DNA of 64,000 nucleotides from assembly GCF_018350175.1 (NCBI RefSeq), contig NC_058368.1, forward strand, positions 198,278,001 through 198,342,000, written 5' to 3'. This DNA comes from Felis catus (lineage: Eukaryota). The notes under the pieces were generated by a model. The model searched no databases. It was not told the DNA's origin and worked only from the letters and a program-made list of their open reading frames with translations. The stretch's first letter is position 1. The number at the start of each line of letters is the position of its first letter. Position numbers and translations under genes: made by a program. Positions 1 to 10,291 of the stretch are shown piece after piece.

Positions 1-687
1 TAATAATGACCCTGGCCTCAACTGTTCACTTACATATTCAGATATACAATAGAAAATAAAATATATATCCTGAATATTGCAATATTTTAGGTGGTAAATA
101 TAAAACGTCACATCTTCCCTTGGCGGCAGTCATGGGAAATCATCCTGGGATGATCGCTGTGGGTTGTGAGATCTCTCCATTCTGTCTGCCAGCAGTCTTT
201 CACATCTCTCTTCTTCTCCCCTGCTCACGATGTTCCATCTGCCAGGCAGCATCGGCTGGCCCAATGGACAACTATTTATCGGCTGTAGATCAAGGTGAAT
301 TTGCATAACTGCAGGTTGTAACTTAATTCCTCATTAGCAAGACAAAATATGCTCTCTGGATGTTTCTAACATGTTTTTTTTTTAAGTTTTGCTTTTTTTA
401 AAAAAAAGAGAGTCAACAAAAGATATTCTCAAAATTTATTGTGTATAATTATTCTTATGGACTTCTGATAAAAATTTCCATATACAGACCCATTTTGAAA
501 GCTCAAAACACAGGAGGAGGAAACTATAAATTAAGTGTCCAAAATTCGCTCTTTCTCACAGAAAAAAAAATAAGTTTACTCTGCAGTCAATTTAAATGAC
601 AGCCACCAGAGAGGCCAGAAGCTGGGCTTCTGGATTAGGGGCTGAGATATAAAATGACAACACCTGCATCAAGGCTCATCTATAAAG

Positions 688-712
688 AACAAACAAACAA
701 ACAAACAAACAA
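688..712. repeat. (AAAC)n microsatellite
   Basis: Tandem AAAC units read directly. Confidence 0.9.
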
Positions 713-1047
713 AAAACAGACATTCAAGTGTTGTGTCTCTGAGAAAGGCAAGCTTTGGGAAAGAAGGAAAAGGTGAAGTTCGCTGACCCCAGCTCTCTGG
801 AGGGATGGTGGTCAGAGAATTGAATATATCCTCTGCTCATGTTCCTTTCAAAGGCAGAAATTGCCAGGAAATGCAGGAGAATCCTTTTCGCCTCTCTCCC
901 TCTTATGTTAAATTTCTCATCTAAATCCACGTGGAAACAGAAAAGGTGCAGCGCATTTCAGAATTGAGCAGGATTGGATCCTGCTTTCTGAATTTGGAGT
1001 GAAAGGGCTCAATTATGTGAATCTTGGTCAGTTTTTTAAGTACTAGA

Positions 1048-1436
1048 TTTTTTTTTTTACAGTTGTAACATTTACATTGCAAAATAGGTACCCTTTTAAC
1101 CATTTTTAAGTGTGCATTTCAGTAGCTTAACACTGAACACTCAACTGTTGTATAACCATCACCATCATCCATCTCTAGAAATTTTTCATCTTCCCAAACG
1201 GAAGCTATACTCAGTATACAATTGCCCAAGTTCTGTTCCCAGCCCCTGGCAATGACCATTTTACTTTCTGCCTCTTTGAAGTTGCCTATTCTAAGTACCT
1301 CATGTAAGTAGAATCACACATATTTGTCATTTTGTGACTCGCTTATTTCACTTAGCATTTCCATGTTAAAGCGTAGGTCAGAATTTCTTCTTCTTGAAGG
1401 CTGAATAATATTCCATGGCATGTAGATTCCACATTT
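1048..1436 (-). mobile_element. Old L1 3' end (L1MB-like)
   Basis: T-run followed by antisense L1 3'UTR motifs (accatcaccatcatccatctctagaa, cccagcccctggcaatgaccatt, ttatttcacttagca, ggctgaataatattcca). Confidence 0.8.
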
Positions 1437-1529
1437 AGTGAGCTTTAGGGTGGATTATCTTCTCCAGTGATAATCCTCAGGACAGCCTTAGTGGTTTCTA
1501 TCATCTTCTCAATGTTAAACATTTGTTTA

Positions 1530-2293
1530 TTTATTTATTTTCTTTTTTAAAATTTATTCTTAAGTTAGCTTGTATACAGTGTAGTCTTGGCTTCAGGAGC
1601 AGATCCCCGTGATTCATCACTTACATTCAACACCCAGTGCTCATCCCAACAAGTGCCCTCCTCAATGCCCATCACCCATTTTCCCCATCCTCCTAACCCC
1701 TCCATCCCCCTCAACCCCCAGTTTATTCTCTGCATTTGAGAGTCTCTTACAGGTTGCCTCCCTTTCTGTTTTTATCTTATTTTTCCTTCCCTTCCCTTGT
1801 GGTCATCTGTTAAGTTTCTCAAATTCTACACATGGGTGAAATCATATGATATCTGTCTCCCTCTGGCTGACTTATTTTGCTTAGCATAATACCCTCCAGT
1901 TCCATCCACGTTGTTTCAAATGGCAAGATTTCATTTTTTTTCATTGTTGTGTAGTATTCCATTGTATATATATATATACCACATCTTCCTTATCCATTCA
2001 TCAGTTCATGGACATTTGGGCTCTTTCCATATTTGGCTATTGTTGATAGCACTGCTGTAAACACTGGGGTGCATGTGCTTCTTCAAATCAGCCCTACTGT
2101 ATCCTTTGGATAAATTCCTAGTACTGCAATTGGTGGGTCATAGGGTAATTCTATCTTTAATTTTGGGGGAACCTCTAGAGTGACTGCATCAGTTTGCATT
2201 CCCACCAACACTGCAAGAAGGTTCCCCTTTCTCCATATCCTCACCAACATCTATTTTTTTTCCTGAGTTGTTCATTTTACCCACTGTAGCCAT
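1530..2293 (-). mobile_element. Carnivore L1 3' end, 5'-truncated
   Basis: T-rich tail; acacccagtgctcatcccaacaagtgccctcctcaatgcccatcaccca; antisense ORF2-end motifs (tttgcattcccaccaaca, gttcccctttctccatatcctcaccaaca). Confidence 0.9.
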
Positions 2294-2482
2294 TTTATTT
2301 TATTTTTATTTATTTTTTGTTAATAACCTGTTTATAGTTTTTTTAAATATGAAATTTATTGTCAAATTGGTTTCCTTACAACACCCAGTGCTCATCCCAA
2401 CAGGTGCCCTCCTCAATGCCCATCACCCACTTTCCCCTCCCTCCCACCCCCCATCAACCCTCAGTTTATTCTCAGTTTTTAA
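2294..2482 (-). mobile_element. Felid L1 (L1_Fc-like) extreme 3' end
   Basis: Second T-rich tail then aaatttattgtcaaattggtttccttacaacacccagtgctcatcccaacagg; same terminus as the + copy at 53126-53278. Confidence 0.85.
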
Positions 2483-2887
2483 AACCATAAACATTTGTTT
2501 AAAGATAACTTGTTTCTTCTGTGTTTTATCATTATACCTGCTTTCTTCTTCCTTCCTATCTCCCTTCTCTCCTTCATCCCTTTCTGTGTCTCTCTCTTCC
2601 TTCCGCCTCTCTCTCCCTCCTTTGTAATAGCAGGTGATAAGTACTGCTTGTATCATAACTATATAAATATTCATCTCTTCTACCAAATAGTGTCTTGAGA
2701 GCGGGGACCAATTCTTACCTCATCGGAGACCCTGAGCAAAGCTAAGTAAATGCTCAGTAGACAAAAGTTGAGTTTAACTTCACAAAAGTTGAGTGGAATG
2801 ATACTCAAAGTAGTCAGCTAATTAATGATCCCATCCACAGATTTCTTGAAGTCAGCTAAGCAAAACACAGATCCGTTTGTCTATCCA

Positions 2888-3468
2888 TGTATTCATTTTC
2901 TATGGCCACTATAACAAAATTCCACTAACCCAGTGGCTGAAAACAACGCAGATGTATCATTTTATGCAGGTCAGAGGTTCAGTACGGGTCTCACTGGATT
3001 AAAATCAAGGTGTCAGTAGGCGACATTCCTTTCTGAAGGCTGTAGGGAACTGTGTTTCCTTGTTCATTCAGCTTTTAGGAGAATTCAGTTCCATGTGGCT
3101 GTAGGATGGAAGGCTTTATGTCTTCACTGGCTGTCAGCAAGGGCTGACCTCAGCTCCAAAAAGGCTTTCTTCCACTCTTCGCACATTGCGCGCTATATCT
3201 AAGAACCAGCAGCAGGACATCAAATCCTTTTCAGCTGCCATCTCTCCAATGCTTCCCGTATTGTTGTGGGTGGCTCTCTGCAGCCTAGAAAGATCCTGTA
3301 CTTTTAAGGACTCATGTGATTAGATTGGACCCACCTAAAAAATCAGTCTCAAGGACCATAACCTTAATCACATCTGCAAAGTCCCTTTTGCCATGTGAGA
3401 GAACATATCCACAGATTTGGAGGCTTGGGGCCTGGACATCTTTGGGGGCTACTATTCTGCTTACCACA
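2888..3468 (-). mobile_element. MLT1 (ERVL-MaLR) LTR, MLT1D/E-like; 3' LTR of the adjacent internal region
   Basis: Termini tgtattca...ctattctgcttaccaca; typical aaaatcaaggtgtcag and catctgcaaagtcccttttgccatgt. Confidence 0.85.
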
Positions 3469-5830
3469 ATCTATAAGCGTCTACTCCAGACCCCCTTGTT
3501 CCTGATGTCCTAATCTTTCTCTTTTTAGGGCCCTGCCTAGTTGGCCAAGTAATTCACCACTCTCCATGGGTCCATGGATATTCCAACCTCAGATTACTTC
3601 TTCAGTACAAAATGGATGAGTTGCACTGTCCAAAGCACTGCCCATTGGGATGCTTTTCCCTCCCCACTGCCTTTCAAAGCTGCCCTGAGTGGGGCTGTAG
3701 TGCATCCACAATTCATTTCCAGGGTGTACACACATACTGACTTGACCCATTGCAAACCAAGCTCAGGCCTTTTCTTCTTCCATTAGCTGGTCTTAAAGGG
3801 TCCTGTATATGGCCACAGGTGTGAGCTGAAGGACAGGTACTAGAGTAAGAGTAATGGATGACATGGCGATCTGGGCTACCTACCCATATATCTGGCTTGT
3901 TTTCTACAATGCTACCTGAGGTCTGTCCTACAGGTAGTACTTCCATTGTATAATGGATTGCTAGTGCCCCTGCCTGACTTTATGACTTGGTAGGCTAAAT
4001 TATGTGGTCCAAGCACTGTAGCCTGGACCGAGCACAAAACCCTTTCCTTCCGGTCCCAACTCAGAACTGGCAGCCTTTCGTGTCACCTGCTCTACCAGTT
4101 AGAGCAGTATTCTCATGTGGGGGCACTTCTCCCTCCAAAATCTGAGGTGTCCTATCAGTTGTTATACTTACTTTTTAATGGTTGGAGGTACAGGAAGTAT
4201 TTATTAATTTATTAATTATTTGTTTGTTTGTTTGTTTGTTTGTTTTGCTTTGGATAGTACGTCTCAGCTTGCCTCAGGCTATTGGGCACCTAAAAATTTT
4301 ACTGATATAGTAGTACACCCTAGAATCTTCAAAGAATTTATCTTACATTCTCTAGTGTGCATGAGTCTCACCAGGGCCTCCAGTGAACTGAGCACTTCCT
4401 GCTCATCTGCTCTGATTAATATGAGGCCATCAATAGACTAAACCAATGTGAGGTTCCATGGGGTGTCCAAATCTTTTCAGACTATAGTTGAAGAGAGAAT
4501 GGGAGAGTTGACACAGAACTGGAGCAAGATAGTGAACACATACCATTGTACATTCCAAATCAAAATGAAACATCAAATTCTCTTTTCTGATATTATTGTA
4601 AAAGAATACATGACCCATACCATCCATGAACATAAGACAGTGTTGATCCGCTCTAGCTGTCACAGCAGCTGTGATTGGGGCCACTCCTCCGTTGAGTTTG
4701 TGCCCATCCACTGTCATCCTTCAGGATCTGTCTGGTTCCTGCAGGAGGCAGACTGGTGAATTAAATGGAGATAAGATGACTGCCACATCTCTAAGGGGTG
4801 AAATAGAAAGGCGGGTAAGGGAGGGTTGATTGATTTGGGAGCTCTTTCCCAGAATATAGGACTAAATAACCTGGAGAAGACCCCAGGAGATGTTTTGAGC
4901 ATAATACTAGGAAGGCTCAACCAAATGAGGTAAAAATGCCAGATATTGCCAAGGCATACTGTAGAAAGGTATTTAAAAGGCTCAGAGAAGAGGTCATGCT
5001 AGAGTCAACATACTATATAAAGCTGGAAAGCCCAATCATGTTATGATTTAACCCTATTTATTGAGTGGCCAAGAGGGGTGTAAGGGCAGATTCTGGAGTG
5101 AGTGAGTTGCATGTTGCCTTATGGGAGAAAGACCTCTGCATCTTCGTTAAGGCAGCCATATTATCCCTTAGCAGAGAGCAATGGCACGACTTTTGCAGGT
5201 TTAGAAGAGTAAGAGAAATCGGGGGAATCCATACTGGGTGGGGGAGAGAGGTTATCAACCTAGATGTGCCTATCCCATGTGTCCAAGTCCCATTCTTTTG
5301 CAGCCAGTACCCTGATCTTGGCACAATACACTGTCTTCGTTGGGAGTTTAACCTTCCACCTTCCTTGTAGCTCAACTACTATGTCAAATTCTGGGCTGTT
5401 TCTCAGCTTTCTCAGCCCTCCCACTGTAGGAGACAATACCTCTTTATATGCTACCAGGAAGGTCTCTCCAGCATTCACTGTTAGCTTATAATTGTCAGTT
5501 AGCCACACTTAGCTTTTCATTATCTTTTTCCATATCACCAAGTTTACCAACAGCCATTCAGTGCCATTGTCCTTAAAATTATTATTTCCCTCATATTTCT
5601 CAAATGTCTGATAGATAGCACCACCTGATGAATTCCTTTCCACCAGTAAATCATTCCAGTTCATTACTGGTCGGAAGTCTTAAAAAATGCATTGTTACCT
5701 AGTACTAGGGTACTGGGGATCACCTACCACCAGCAATGGGATCCCCTTTTCCAGGTGGGTGTTGGATAACTCACCTCAGTGCTTGACACTGAGGGCTTCT
5801 GACTACAGTACTTTTGGTGGCTGTGGAAGA
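3469..5830 (-). mobile_element. ERV-L/MaLR internal region with decayed gag, RT and RNase H
   Basis: Manual minus-strand translation: gag KIRVLAAKEWDLDTWD (~5270-5320); RT SPFNSPV..RMTVDGHKLNGGVAPITAAV, YVFTILLQFCVNSP, LV*SIDGLILI (YIDD position), SVKFLGAQ, FWREKCPH..VTRKAASSELGP; RNase H region QWKYYL*DR, GKASQWAVL. Many stops and frameshifts. Confidence 0.9.
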
Positions 5831-7611
5831 AAAGTACTTCATTCCTATAGATGGCTGGTGGATCAGTTTCTATCAAGTAATCTTCAACCTTTCTTACAAA
5901 CTGAAGCACTTTGATCCAACTTCAGAAGAGCCTGTTTCAGGTAAAATTCTTCCCCTGGAAGGCTCTTGAGTAATAAGAGAATAAGAAGGCTCTCGTGAAA
6001 TAATAAAATAATCTTGTGGCTCCTTGACCTTCATTTCGTTGGAAAAGCAGAACCCTTTGGAAGATTGTAGCTCACAGGCAAGTAATCAGTTAATGGTGCT
6101 CGTTAGTTGGCTACTATGTTCTCAGTCCCTCTACTCACCACAAAAGGAGAAAAAAGAAAATTCTACAAGTTTCTAAGTGCATCTTCAAAGAAACAATGTG
6201 ATTTTTCATCACTGTTGCCAATATTAAGTTGAATTTTGAAGTAGTAATCCCACTGCTATTAAATGTTAAAGTTTTTTTGTTTTTTGTTTTTGGTTTTGTT
6301 TTGTTTTTTCTTTTGTTTGTTTGTTTGTTTTTGGTTCATAAAGGATGTTGTTTAACTTTGGCAAAATTTCCAAATGGTCTAGGGCTCATGTTGGTGCATA
6401 CTCTTGGGCGGGCCAAAGTGTGGGTCAAATGTACACTAGCCAGCAGTGGGTTCTGGAGAACATCTGGGACACCATCAGTCTTAATTCTTCCATCTTCTCA
6501 GAAAAGTAAGGAGTGTATGTGTGACAGAAATGCTGGGACTTTAGAGGAGTCAGATGTCAGGCCTAGCAACGCCCTCCTCCCTTGCCACTTATTCTATTGT
6601 TCTCTGATGCATCATATTTCCACACCACACTGCATCCTAAGACACAGTGGCCTGCCTGATGACCCAAGACAGGAAAGTAGTTAATGTCCTCCAGGGGTGA
6701 CTACAGATACCACGGGTACTCCAGTAGACAAGTACCACCCAGGCAAGGCTTGGGAGCTCCTCTCTTCTAAGGATGTTATGGTTTTCCACCAGGTAGATTT
6801 GCTACGAGGAAGGAGTTCTGGTGTCAGGAATATTCATTCTCTATCAAAATGCCATTTGACCATATGTTAAGTTAACCTGTCTGCTTTTGACCCAATTATT
6901 TTTGACCCATTGTTTTCTCTGGATAAGCTTATCCTAAATAACTTGGACTCATTTCTCCTTGGCTTCCCCACTGCTTAACTATATAAAAACATAGAAAAAA
7001 TAATAATTGTCAAGTCATCAATAAAAATACTGAATAAGACAAAGATCTCTCTATCCCAAATCCCACCCTTACTGGTTTCCCATCCTGTGATGTTACTCAG
7101 AATATTCTTGCTAAGAAACAAAGTACTTTCTGGAAATATTCCAATTCTTTCACAGATTTAAAAATTCCCAAGGGATGGGTATTGTGGCTAGGCATTCAAA
7201 TACTTTCTAAGCACATGTGGCTCATCAGCAGTTTTCTAGATTTTTGAAATACAATATAGTGTCACTTTATTCAGGCAGCAACAAGTTGAAGCATCAAATC
7301 GGCATCCAAGTAAATAAAATCACTTATGTCATTATTAACTGAATTTTAAACAACCTATTACTTGGTACATTTTAATAAACTTAGAGTGGAAATGATAATA
7401 TACCAGTAGCCATAGTTTCAATATGTAAAATAATAATCAGAACAGTTTTTAGTACATAAGAGGCGTTCAGTAAATGCCATTTAAGTGTGTTTGCATTATT
7501 AACTCATTTTAGGCAGGGGCTATCCCAAATAAAAAGAAGATATGGTCATCTTTTTTTCATTCTCTTTTTAAGCTCCGCCACTCTTCCTCAACCAATGCAA
7601 CTCCGTGTTTG

Positions 7612-7728
7612 CATATTATATCATATTATATTATATTATATTATTATATATAGAACTTCTTTATATATAGAATATATTATATTATATTATATTATATTAT
7701 ATTATATTATATTATATATAGAACTTCT
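7612..7728. repeat. (TATAT)n low-complexity repeat with local duplication
   Basis: Pentamer array; ttatatatagaacttct occurs at 7644-7660 and 7712-7728. Confidence 0.85.
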
Positions 7729-8199
7729 AAGAAGAGTTTTTGTTTTGTTTTTTTTCTAGTAAAGATTTGTAATGAAAAAGAAGTTTGGAAACTAGTGCTC
7801 TAATGTAACAGAATTGTCAATACTCCACCTCACCCCCCACCCCCCTTCACTGTTATCCTCTCCAGGGCTTCCTGGATGCTTTGAATCCCAACAACCCGCA
7901 TCTGAGTCTTTGGCTGAAGGCACTCTCAAGCTGGAGCCAAAGCTCACTTTGCCTGCACACAGAATTATGGATCAGAGGCCGTCCATAATTTGCGACTGAT
8001 CTACAGGAGTATAAACATTCCAGCCCCCTCACCTCAGACCAGGAAGGCTCTGAGGTGGGAACTACACTGTTATCCAGAGCTTCCCCGCCAGCCATGGCCT
8101 GGCGCCTCACCCTTGTCTGTCCTTCAACCCCGCTCTCTCCTCCTTTTCCTTCTGCTGTACGGATTTTCCCTGGGAACACTTCCTCATCAGTACTTAAAT

Positions 8200-8425
8200 A
8201 TAGGCTTTTGCAACCGAGGCGCTCACTACTGACATCTTGAACTGGACAATTCTTTGGTGTGGGGGCCGCTTTGTGCATTGTGGGATGTTTAGTAGCACCC
8301 CTGGGCTGCCAACAACACATCTCCTATCCTCTCCTCCTCTGTCCACAGTCATAACTATAAAAAATGTATCCAGACAATGCCAGATCTCTCCTGGGAGGCA
8401 AAATTGTCCCATTCAAAGACCACTG
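8200..8425. mobile_element. MER20 (hAT-Charlie) DNA transposon fossil
   Basis: gtgcattgtgggatgtttagtagcacccctgg...aaaatgtatccagacaatgccaga...ggaggcaaaattgtccc...accactg matches recalled MER20. Confidence 0.85.
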
Positions 8426-8540
8426 TTTGAGTATTACCATTGTGGATCCTGAAGTTCTGAGTTGGCTAAAGTAGGAAAAGAAAGGATTAAAAGCTAAACT
8501 TCCTGATTCCCAGGCCACTGGTTACTTCTTTCCACTACAC

Positions 8541-8722
8541 TTGTGCTTCCAAATTTGTCTGATTATAAGAATCACTGGTGTATATGTTGGCGATGGGGGG
8601 AGGGCAATTGGTTTTAAATGCAGATTCCCAGGTTCCTTCCCTGAAGAATCTGACTCAGGAGACCTGAAGGGGGACGGTGGAACTCAGTGATTCTTTTGAT
8701 CAAGCCCAGTTTGGAAACCAAA
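8541..8722. mobile_element. MER5-type hAT MITE
   Basis: agaatcact...ttaaatgcagattcccagg...gtgattct...agtttggaaacca. Confidence 0.65.
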
Positions 8723-8989
8723 ATGCTGCTTCTCAGATTGTCATGTAGGGAGAAATCACCGTGTGCATGGTGTGTGATGGGGGGGGGGGAGCATGTATAA
8801 AATATAAATACATACACAAAATATAAATTCCTGGACGCTGTACTCTGCGAGTTTGCAGTTTTAATAAGTTTTCCATATTTTTCTGATATAGGTGACCTGA
8901 AGCACTTTCCATTCAATCATCTGTTAATACACACACAGAACAGTGTCTTTATACATACGTTGAATGAACTCTTCCCTCGGTTGACATCA

Positions 8990-9213
8990 GGATTCCCAGA
9001 AAATGCACTCATAATATACTTTAACTCTTTAGCATTTATTCATAATTTGTGTAATTATCTTCTTATTTGTGTAATTTGTGTAATTGTCTTCTTCTCTAAA
9101 GCACAGTCTCCATGAACTCAGGACCTACCTGCCTTCTATCTGATTGTAATCCTCGGGTCAGCACTCTGCCTCGTCCAGAGTGAGCGCTCAGTAAATGTCT
9201 GTTGAATGAATGA
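8990..9213 (+). mobile_element. L2 3' end
   Basis: Ends gcgctcagtaaatgtctgttgaatgaatga, the L2 terminus. Confidence 0.75.
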
Positions 9214-9223
9214 CATTAGATGC

Positions 9224-9738
9224 TCGGGTATGCAGAAAATGTCCCCCCAAAGATGTTGCTATTCTGATCCCCAGGAATTTGTATATGCCAAGATGAATAT
9301 GAATATGGATATTACCTGGCAAAGGAGAATTAAAGCTGCAGATAGAGTTTAGTTTACTAATCAGCTGACCTTAACATAAAGGGATTATCCTGGATTATCC
9401 TAGTGCCCTACAGTAATCACATAGGTCCTTTAAAGTGGAAGAGGAAGACTGCAGAGGTCAGGGTCAGAGAGAGATCTGAAATGCCACACTGCTGGCTTTG
9501 AAGATGGAGGAAAGGGCCATGAACCAAAGAATGCAGGCAGCCCCCAGAAGGTAGAAAAAACAAAAAAATGGATTTTCCCTTAAAGCCTCCAGGATGAACA
9601 GAGCCCTACAGACACCTTGAGTTTAGCCCAATGAAACTCATTTCAGACTTCTGACCTCTAGAACTGTAAGAGAATATATCTGTGTTAAGCCACGACATTC
9701 ATGGTAACTTATTACAGCAACCGTAGGAAACTAACACA
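9224..9738 (+). mobile_element. MLT1D-like solo LTR
   Basis: ggattatcctggattatc, ctgctggctttgaagatggagg, gacttctgacctctagaactgtaagagaat, end taggaaactaacaca; flanks gatgc/gatgg. Confidence 0.9.
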
Positions 9739-9764
9739 GATGGTAATGGTAGTTTAGGTCTTGG

Positions 9765-9950
9765 TCGCATTTATTGAACGCCAAACTTCCAGGCACTTTA
9801 CCTCTGTCCTTCCTTGTCCTTATAAGAAGGTCTTATCCCACTTTGCAGATGAGACATCAGAGGCTCAGAATGGTTATTAATGCCCAAGGGTACACCTTTA
9901 GCACATGGTGGCGTCGGGCTGGGCTGCAAACCTCTCATCTCCATACTCTT
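9765..9950 (-). mobile_element. MIR SINE
   Basis: Core ccactttgcagatgagacatcagaggctcaga. Confidence 0.7.
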
Positions 9951-10077
9951 TGATGTTCCAGTGCTGTTCCAAGTGTGGCACTCAGTTGTTACTGTTGCAT
10001 ATCAAATAAGTTACAGACATTGTGATGTGTGTTCAGACTTTCTACACTAATTCTTTCCTTTTTAAAAACGATCTTGA

Positions 10078-10291
10078 GGGGCGCCTGGGTGGCTCAGTCG
10101 GTTGAGCGTCCGACTTCGGCTCAGGTCATGATCTCACGGTCCGTGAGTTCGAGCCCCGCGTCGGGCTCTGTGCTGACAGCTCAGAGCCTGGAGCCTGCTT
10201 CGGATTCTGTGTCTCCCTCTCTCTCTGCCCCTCCACTGCTCATGCTCTGTCTCTGTCTCAAAAATAAGTAAAAGTTAAAAAAAATTTTTTT
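10078..10291 (+). mobile_element. CAN-SINE (SINEC_Fc type)
   Basis: ggggcgcctgggtggctcagtcgg head with A box, B box gttcgagcc, CT tract and A tail; TSD aaa(c/t)gatcttga. Confidence 0.97.

Noticed and set aside
10078..10160. tRNA gene (A and B boxes present)
   Set aside because: It is the tRNA-derived head of a CAN-SINE, continuing into a CT tract, A tail and TSD; the same applies to the other copies.
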